From Nostoc sp. (GTDB taxonomy: Bacteria; Cyanobacteriota; Cyanobacteriia; Cyanobacteriales; Nostocaceae): a stretch of 64,000 nucleotides of DNA. Location of the stretch: contig JBALDB010000005.1 of assembly GCA_036918135.1 (NCBI GenBank), positions 128,001-192,000 of the forward strand, given 5' to 3'. The translations under genes were made by a program, and so were the position numbers. Of this stretch, positions 1 to 6,799 are shown one piece after another. The notes under the pieces are model-generated. The model did no database searches. It saw nothing but the letters and a program-made list of their open reading frames with translations, and had not been told where the DNA came from. The number at the start of each line of letters is the position of its first letter. The stretch's first letter is position 1.

Positions 1-457
1 ACGTTCCACACAATTTATAAAATTTTTCTTTCCTAACTATAATTTTGCTGCTTCCTTCTTCATATTCATAGCCCTTGTCAATGTACCACCCATTACTTTT
101 GGGATTTTGAGCAACAAAACTCACTAGTTTTTTGCTAATACAGTCATCACTATCTACAGGCATTATATGTGTTGGTTTGAGAGATTGAGCAGCTAATAGT
201 CCAACAGCAAGTTTTTTTGTTTTATCTGCCATTTTTTCAGTATAGTTTGACCCTGGAATAGGAAAATCAACTTGGATATATTGCACTTGGGGATGATGAA
301 AATTAATTTTAGGTATTTCATGACAGACTACAATAACATGAAATTTTGAAGAAGTTTGATTACAGACTGAGCGTAGACATCTTTCAAACATCTTGGATAA
401 TTCTGTCCATGATGTTGCTACTTTAGGACTTTTGATTGGGATTATAAAAACTAACAT
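1..457 (-). CDS. Glycosyltransferase family 2/GT-A-like protein, 5' part (runs off window start)
   Basis: Manual translation from ATG at 457 (AGGAG RBS upstream): MLVFIIPIKSPKVATSWTELSKMFERCLRSVCNQTSSKFHVIVVCHE...HIMPVDSDDCIS, with a GT-A N-terminus and DxDD motif. Not in the ORF track because it is incomplete. Confidence 0.7.
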   Translation of the reverse strand, partial: MLVFIIPIKSPKVATSWTELSKMFERCLRSVCNQTSSKFHVIVVCHEIPKINFHHPQVQYIQVDFPIPGSNYTEKMADKTKKLAVGLLAAQSLKPTHIMPVDSDDCISKKLVSFVAQNPKSNGWYIDKGYEYEEGSSKIIVRKEKFYKLCGT

Positions 458-1100
458 CTTGCTAATATCTCCTTGCTTTTTTCTAATGTCTACTCTTACT
501 TTCAATACTTTAATGAAGATAGATAGCCTGCCTTAATTAACCAGCATCAAAGTTTCAGCTAGTTACAGGATATTTTAAAAGTAAAAATATATACTGGAAA
601 ACTCTCTTTGAACTTCTCTCGTCTAGAAGAGAGCTTTGAAAGCCATTCCTTTGTGAGCAAGCAGGCAAGAAGGTTAGGTTTTGGGGTTTTTGGTATTTTA
701 TACAAAACTTTTTGAACATACTCTTCAGATAAAATCTAACTTGGGCAGTGCGAGTAGTTTTCTTCTCGAAATACAGTGCTAATACTTAGCTAAAGCGTTG
801 CTATATATTTATAATACTTTATTAGTGTTATTACGCGTCGAAAAAAGTTTAAGCGCAACTATACTAAATTTACGCTAAATGCGATCGCCTTTGAGATAGC
901 GTTACAGCAGAAGGCTGACAGGTCATTTGACTTGTGAAAAATGCAGCTTCAGTCCAAAGTATTTAGAGAAATCTGGCGGATAAAGCCCTTCTAAGTTGCC
1001 AAGCCAATTTGACACATAGTTTTGCAGTGGGTGAATTAATCGGATTTTGGGAATAATCCTCATAGTGTTTGAAAGCATCGTTTTTGTTGGGCTGCACACT

Positions 1101-2291
1101 ATGAAAGCGCGATTTCTAGAAAAAAAGCAGATTTTTTGGCGTTTGTGTGTTACGTTTTGCTCTATTTTTTGCCTTTGTCTGGCTTTAATTCCAGTACAGG
1201 CATTTACACAGTCTATTGATAACTTGCGTCAACAACAGCAACAAATGAACCAGCAGCATCAGAGTGTAGTTAACGAACGCGATCGCTTAACAAATCTCCA
1301 ACAAGAGGCGCAAAAACACTTGACTGGTTTACAAGAAAATCTGCAAACTACAGATAGCTATATTCAACAGAGCGAATCGCGATTACAACAAGCTACCCAA
1401 CGCCTCCAGCAGTTGGAAACTGATTTAGCTCTAGCCCAACGTGACTATGAGGAGCGTCAAATAGCAACAGTAGCACGATTGCGTTATCTCCAGCGATCGC
1501 CAGCTAGTCAGGGATGGGCAGTTTTGCTCCAAAGTCAAAATATCAGCGACTTTATCACCCGGCGTCATCAGTTAAAGTTAGTTTATCAAGCAGACCAGCA
1601 AATTTTACGAAAACTCAACGACCAAGCAAACTCGATAAATCAGCAAAAAACAGAAGTAGAACAGCAAAAAAACGAAATTGCTTTGATTCGCGAACAGCTA
1701 CTTGCCCAAAAAGCCGATTATCAAACCCAGGCGCAATCACAATCAGAATTGATTCAACGCCTTAATAGCGATCGCCTCGCCTTGGAAGCAGCCCAAAATC
1801 AGCTAGAAAGAGAATCCAAAAATTTGGAAGTTTTGATTCAGCAAAAGGTAGCAGAAGCGGCGGCGCAAGCAAAAACCAACAGTCGCACAAGCATTATTAT
1901 TCAGGGAACTGGGATGCTAGCTTATCCTAGCGATGCTCCTACTAGCAGTCCCTTTGGCTGGCGGATGCACCCGATTCTCGGCTATCGTCGCTTTCACGCA
2001 GGTTTAGATTTTGCTGCTAGCTATGGTAGTACAATTCGGGCAGCCGATTCTGGAACAGTGATTTTTGCTGGGTGGTATGGTGGTTATGGCAAAGCTGTAA
2101 TTATTAACCACGGCAAAGGCATTACTACACTGTACGGACATACCAGCGAGTTATATGTTACCGAGGGACAAGCAGTAGAACGAGGACAAGCGATCGCTGC
2201 TGTAGGTTCCACGGGTTTATCGACTGGGCCTCATCTCCACTTTGAAGTGCGGCGCAATGGTTCACCCGTTAACCCTGCCGATTATCTTTAA
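1101..2291 (+). CDS. Murein hydrolase activator EnvC-like coiled-coil / M23 peptidase
   Basis: Signal peptide, long Gln-rich coiled coil, C-terminal M23 motifs HAGLD and GPHLHFEVR. ATG at 1101 preferred over the TTG at 1047. Confidence 0.9.
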   Translation: MKARFLEKKQIFWRLCVTFCSIFCLCLALIPVQAFTQSIDNLRQQQQQMNQQHQSVVNERDRLTNLQQEAQKHLTGLQENLQTTDSYIQQSESRLQQATQRLQQLETDLALAQRDYEERQIATVARLRYLQRSPASQGWAVLLQSQNISDFITRRHQLKLVYQADQQILRKLNDQANSINQQKTEVEQQKNEIALIREQLLAQKADYQTQAQSQSELIQRLNSDRLALEAAQNQLERESKNLEVLIQQKVAEAAAQAKTNSRTSIIIQGTGMLAYPSDAPTSSPFGWRMHPILGYRRFHAGLDFAASYGSTIRAADSGTVIFAGWYGGYGKAVIINHGKGITTLYGHTSELYVTEGQAVERGQAIAAVGSTGLSTGPHLHFEVRRNGSPVNPADYL

Positions 2292-2349
2292 GCGATCGCC
2301 AATTTGGCTGCAAATGCGATCGCAAGCGTGCTATAATATTAGAGAATAA

Positions 2350-2422
2350 GGGCGCGTGGCTCAGTGGATAGAGCAACAGATTCCGGTTCTGTGGGTCGGG
2401 GGTTCAAATCCCTCCGCGCTCG
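2350..2422 (+). tRNA. tRNA-Arg (anticodon CCG)
   Basis: GGGCGCG/CGCGCTC acceptor stem, D-arm GCTCAGTGGATAGAGC, anticodon arm ACAGA-TTCCGGT-TCTGT, T-loop GGTTCAAATCC. Confidence 0.97.
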
Positions 2423-2430
2423 TTAGTTAT

Positions 2431-2510
2431 TGTCGATTGCCAAATTATTTGTCCGCGTTGACAGATTAATGTCTGTGTGCCAAATTATTGTCCGCGCTGA
2501 TAAATTGTAT
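2431..2510 (+). repeat. CAST left end with tandem TnsB-binding-site repeats
   Basis: TG terminus followed by repeats TTGCCAAATTATTTGTCC, TTGACAGATTAATGTCT, GTGCCAAATTATTGTCC. Confidence 0.85.
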
Positions 2511-2524
2511 ATCATTACAACACC

Positions 2525-2547
2525 CTGCCATACATACAGTATGGCAG
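2525..2547. terminator. Hairpin, candidate terminator inside the left end
   Basis: CTGCCATAC-ATACA-GTATGGCAG 9-bp stem followed by a T-rich tract on the + strand. Confidence 0.5.
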
Positions 2548-2617
2548 AACTCTTCTTTTTTTATAGGGTAATTAATCAGTTTCAATATTAGAGCTAAAAT
2601 CAAGCTCTTCAAACAAA

Positions 2618-2648
2618 GAATCTGTTGCTCTATCCTTTCAACCCACCT
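2618..2648 (-). CRISPR. Delocalised homing crRNA: truncated repeat plus 17-nt spacer targeting tRNA-Arg
   Basis: Minus strand AGGTGGGTTGAAAG (repeat 3' end, 2648-2635) followed by GATAGAGCAACAGATTC (2634-2618), identical to tRNA positions 2367-2383, which are preceded by a GTG PAM. Confidence 0.95.
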
Positions 2649-2743
2649 AAAAAGTGTTTGCTATGAACACTGGAAAAATTCTGAAACTCAATAAAGCTTT
2701 TAATGTACTAGGACATATCCATTGACAGCGAAAGTCGTAGCGA

Positions 2744-2925
2744 CTTTCAACCCGCCTCTCGCTGGGAGGGGTGTTGAAACTTCCTAAATAGTATGCCAAC
2801 CTTAATTTAGAGTAATCTTTCAACCCACCTCTGGCTGGGAGGGGTGTTGAAACGCAACGCCCTGCGTCAATTATTTACTGATAATACTCTTTCAACCCAC
2901 CTCTCACTGGGAGGGGTGTTGAAAC
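2744..2925 (-). CRISPR. Type V-K CRISPR array, three 37-nt repeats
   Basis: Repeats at 2744-2780, 2817-2853 and 2889-2925 (minus-strand consensus GTTTCAACACCCCTCCCAGYNAGAGGYGGGTTGAAAG), with internal spacers of 36 and 35 nt. Confidence 0.95.
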
Positions 2926-4477
2926 CACCCTCGAAAAGGAGGCTGATGACAGAAGCAAGCGTTTGAGCTATTTGGCGCTGGTGAGATAAAAAATGCTTTT
3001 GCTTTTGCTGTCGATTTAGCAGTTTGTAATTATCACCCAGTAGTTGTCTGATGCTGCGATAGGTAATTACTTGACCTGTAATGCCGTCTACTACCGCTAG
3101 CGTTGCAGGCTTTTCTAAGCCGAGACTAATACTAACAAGAATATGAGATTGTCCTTTATATAAAGGTTTAGTGGGGCGAGGAAAAGGGTTATTAATTGTG
3201 TCTAAAGTAGAGTTTTTGCGTTTTATATGGGCTTGTTGTTTTTCATTAAGCTTGCCTTTGGCTTTTGTATTGGTGATAATTTGAGCGATTTTTTCGGCTT
3301 TTTCTTTCCTTACTTGATTGGTTCCTTCAATCGTCCATAGGCGGGTATCTACAGAACAGTAGAGGGTTAAGCGATTAACATTCCAAGGATCGCCTTTGCC
3401 TTCCTCTTCTTGCCAAGCAATACGCCCACTACGCAGGGTGAACAGGCTACTAAAGTGCTGATTTTTACTATTTTTCTTAATTTGTTGATCTTCTAGGAAG
3501 CGTTGAAACCAGTGAAGTTGGCGAGAATCACAATAAACTTGAAAGCTATGCTCACTCAAACCATTGAATTTTACACAGATGCGCCCAAACTGGTTTTTAA
3601 ACCAAGTCATGTCTTCGTTGGTTTCGTAAGCTACTGGGAAAGGTACTTTGCTAGATTGCCTTAAAAGGCTGTCTTGCCAAGATTTTGCCTCGGACTCATT
3701 TGTTGGAACGTTGTGAGTGGCAACAACAATAGTTTCTAACCATTTGGCATCGGTTAAATCTCTACCTTTGGGAATTCGTGTTTCTAGCTGTTCTCTAAGG
3801 CGTTCAATCTGAATTTCAAGTTGACGGCGACGTTGAGCAAATTTTTTAGCGTCTTCCTCTTTATCGTTGATTTTGCAACCATTTTTGAGTAAATAGCTGA
3901 TGGCACAACGAGTCAAGTTATCTTCTGTCTTGCGATAGGACTCAAATAAGTTCTTTGATAAACTGTTGCTACCTAAATTTTGAGCTTTCTTACGCTTTTT
4001 AGCCTTTTTCCCATTCGTTGATTGAGTTTCAGCAGTATTGAGAGGAGCAAATTGAACCAAAATTTCAGCAGCTTTAGTACGAAGACTATCTAAGCTGACA
4101 CCACTACTTTCTACCAATTCAACATCACTTTTGAGCATTTCCGACCAGCGAATTTTGCCTTCTAGTTGGTACTGCGATCGCTTCATCAGGGCAAACCATG
4201 ATTTATATACGTGGTTCACCAATGCGATCGCACTCGTATAAAATCGTCCAGGCTGACCAATGAACTGAGGATCAGTTTTCAAAGGTTGGCAGAGTTCTTT
4301 GACAATACTAGTGGGGTGTTTGCCCTTTTGTCGCCAAGTTTCAAACTCTGGGTGTTGACTTACCTGACGTAGTAGTTCATTAATCAGTGGCGTATTAAGC
4401 TCTGCCATCAACTTCCATAGTTGCTGGCGTGATGACTCTGAGGCTACAAAGCGACACTGAATAGTGATTTGGCTCAT
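2867..4477 (-). pseudogene. cas12k: Cas12k (C2c5), C-terminally truncated and reading into the CRISPR array
   Basis: MSQITIQCR...LMAELNTPLINELL N-terminus, PFPVAYETNEDMTW, SVDTRLWTIEGT and inactive RuvC-I SLGLEKPAT. Homology stops near 2950; the last 27 aa are encoded by array-proximal sequence, a repeat and a spacer. Confidence 0.92.
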
Positions 4478-4545
4478 CGGTGTAAAACAATACTGTTTAA
4501 TAATAACATAATTGTATTAAATAAGTCTTCTGTAAAATAAATTGT

Positions 4546-4935
4546 ATGCAGGAGACATTTTTTACAAGCAAGGAAGCTGCTGAAATCACAGGCTGCACCC
4601 TCCGTCAGCTACAGTATTGGCGAGAGAGGGGGGTGATTGTTCCTGTAATCAGTGAGACTGGGACAGGACGTAGTATTTATTACTCAAAGTCTAATTTGCT
4701 GGAACTGGCTGCAATGTCATATTGGCTATCTGTGGGGTTAAGTTTTGACATAGCCAGTACCACGCTGAAAAAGCTGAAAGATCAAGAGCCGGAGTTATTT
4801 ATTTCAGGTAAAGGTAAGCGGTTTATGTTGTTGTCCCAAGCGCAGGAGCGTTCGCTTGAGCTTGTGGAGTTTGACAGAAAAAAGGCGATAAACCTATGTT
4901 CCAACTCTCTTAAAGTCAGACAAGCCTCTTTCTGA
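4546..4935 (+). pseudogene. cvkR: MerR-type CAST repressor (CvkR-like), C-terminus replaced by antisense tnsB sequence after ~4892
   Basis: FFTSKEAAEITGCTLRQLQYWRE MerR HTH, divergent from cas12k; the tail NLCSNSLKVRQASF overlaps tnsB-coding DNA. Confidence 0.85.
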
Positions 4936-5933
4936 GCTTGCTCTGGACGTTCCTGCACATTTGATCCTGTGTATCCCGGCAAAGTAGAAAAAAAGTCGGT
5001 ATTAAAAGTGCCAAAAGGACGCTCAACAATACCACCTTCACTCGGGCGATCGCGTAAATGACAAACAAATCCCAATTGCACACCTATCTGTTGCAAATGG
5101 TTTGAGCGAAAATCTTTACCGCCATCGGTATAAAAATATTCTGGTTTACCGTAGGTTCCCCATTCTTCATGGAGTCCATATTCTGACCCATACTGCTTTG
5201 GCAAAATTGCATGGCGCAGTGCTAATGCTACTACCTGAGAACTCGGAGCATCAAAACCTAAGTTTATCCCCATGATGCAACGGGAGTAAGTATCGACAAC
5301 TGTTGTCAGCCAAGGACGATCCAAAAGTTCACCATGCTGATCTACCAGCAATAGGTCTACACGAGTATGGTCACACTGCCAAACATGGTTGCTATATTCT
5401 ACTGATAAGTCTTTGCCATCGCGGGTTTTAACTGATAATCGAGAACCATGCCAACCTCGACTTCTAACACCTGCTTTTTGTTCTTGCTGCTCAGTAACTA
5501 ATTGTATAAATTAATACACATTTCTATAGCTGGGATATTTTTTTTGTCCTAATTCATCTGCCCTTGCTTGTACTCTAATTGCCACTTGTTGGGGAGTAAT
5601 TCGCTTACTACCTTTATTGCCTTCCTTATAAGTTTTGATGATGAACTGTTGCCAATCAGTGTCTATTCGATGTTTGCCTTTGTCAGCCCGTGCTGTAGTT
5701 TGAAGTGCGGCTAAACCTGACTCTTCCCATTTTTTTAACAGTCGCCGTACCGTTCGCACAGACTTGCCTAGTTTGGCTGCGACCTCCCTTTGTCTTTCTC
5801 CATAAGTGATGCGATCGCATGGTTCTAGTAATTGCTCAATCATATCCAGCAAATGCCTATCATCTGCTGAGAGTTCCGTCACAATCTTATCCTTTTCTGC
5901 CTCTTGATCGCTATTGGTATGATCGTCCAGCAT
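4890..5933 (-). pseudogene. tnsB: TnsB (Mu/DDE transposase) with in-frame stop at 5511-5513 and 3' truncation
   Basis: ORFs 5511-5987 and 4782-5351 share a frame. HTH region AAKLGKSVRTVRR, and DDE motifs WQCDHT, YTDGGKDF and GGIVERPF. Homology ends at ...LRELEHRF near 4890. Confidence 0.93.
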
Positions 5934-5979
5934 TTTTACATAATTGTTTAATACAAACGTAGTTGTATTGTACTGTTTA

Positions 5980-6206
5980 AAAAACATTTATTTTGTCAAT
6001 TTTTATAAGAATGTAGGCTCACAGCGTTTTTGAAGAAAGGACAGATATTTTGTCAAAATTCCAAAAGAGGACAGGTATTTTGGCAATAAGCCTCTAGTAG
6101 CCTATTTTCAGCCTAAAATAGTAAAACCCTTACCAAGTAAGGGTTTGAAGCTAAATATTTTAAGGACATTAATTTGTCAAGTGGTTATTTAGTTTGGCAA
6201 TCGACA
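5980..6206 (-). repeat. CAST right end with ~5 TnsB-binding-site repeats
   Basis: GGACAGATATTTTGTCAA (6039), GGACAGGTATTTTGGCAA (6069), GGACATTAATTTGTCAA (6164), AAACATTTATTTTGTCAA (5982), terminal TTTGGCAATCGACA; palindrome AAACCCTTAC-CAA-GTAAGGGTTT at 6124-6146. Confidence 0.88.
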
Positions 6207-6340
6207 GTTATAGAAAACTTAATATAAAAATGAAAGGTGATTTTCTCTCATTGATTATCCCTAATATTTGTTTAGTACGATGTAGGTATTTTTGAATATA
6301 ATTAAGTGGATTTTTCATTTTGGTAGACGGTTAAAATTCC

Positions 6341-6787
6341 CTTTTATATCAAGTTCGGCTAATTACTTACAATATGTTGGTGTTGCTGGTAATTGGTAAT
6401 AGGTCATTGGGAATTGGGGAAGAGGGAAGAGTTAAACTGTATTTTTATTCCCCATTACCCATTACCCATTCATGCTGAGCCCAGCCGAAGCATTACCGAC
6501 CCTCACAAATATCATAAGTATTCAACCGGACATGATATTACCATTTTTTGACACTAAGTTATACCAATTCAAAATTCAAAATTCATGCATTAAGAAAGCC
6601 AGACAGAACAAAGGTATGTCTGTATGTATCTGTCGCATTCTTTTTTCAAATTGGTGTTAATATTTCGGACAGGTCTAATGGGTAATGGGGAAGAAAAACA
6701 CAACTGTTCACCTCTTGCAATTACCTTTTTCCCAATTACCAAAAAGACCAACATATTGTCAGTAATTAGCCGAACTTGATATAAAAG
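6341..6787. repeat. Pair of inverted MITE-like elements with 41-bp outer inverted repeats and STRR-like heptamers
   Basis: CTTTTATATCAAGTTCGGCTAATTACTTACAATATGTTGGT (6341-6381) matches the reverse complement of 6747-6787 at 40/41 nt; internal GGTAATT/CCCATTA heptamers. Confidence 0.75.
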
Positions 6788-6799
6788 CATAAAGTCGAG

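Larger units (their letters stand above)
2431..6206. mobile_element. Type V-K CRISPR-associated transposon (CAST), internally deleted non-autonomous relic, 3,776 bp
   Basis: Perfect 14-bp terminal inverted repeats TGTCGATTGCCAAA (2431) / TTTGGCAATCGACA (ends 6206); 5-bp TSD GTTAT at 2426-2430 and 6207-6211; contains cas12k, MerR regulator, tnsB fragments and CRISPR array; inserted just 3' of a tRNA. Confidence 0.95.

Noticed and set aside
2649..2743. Additional full CRISPR repeat around CTGAAAC at 2681-2687
   Set aside because: Only ~6 nt match and the spacing does not fit the 72-73-nt period.
2708..2888. Self-targeting by the ordinary array spacers
   Set aside because: By eye I found no match within the window other than the homing spacer. 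A computational search is needed to exclude partial matches.
2867..4477. A novel compact 536-aa Cas12k
   Set aside because: The last 27 aa are translated array DNA and the conserved C-terminal RuvC region is missing. It is a truncation, not a mini effector.
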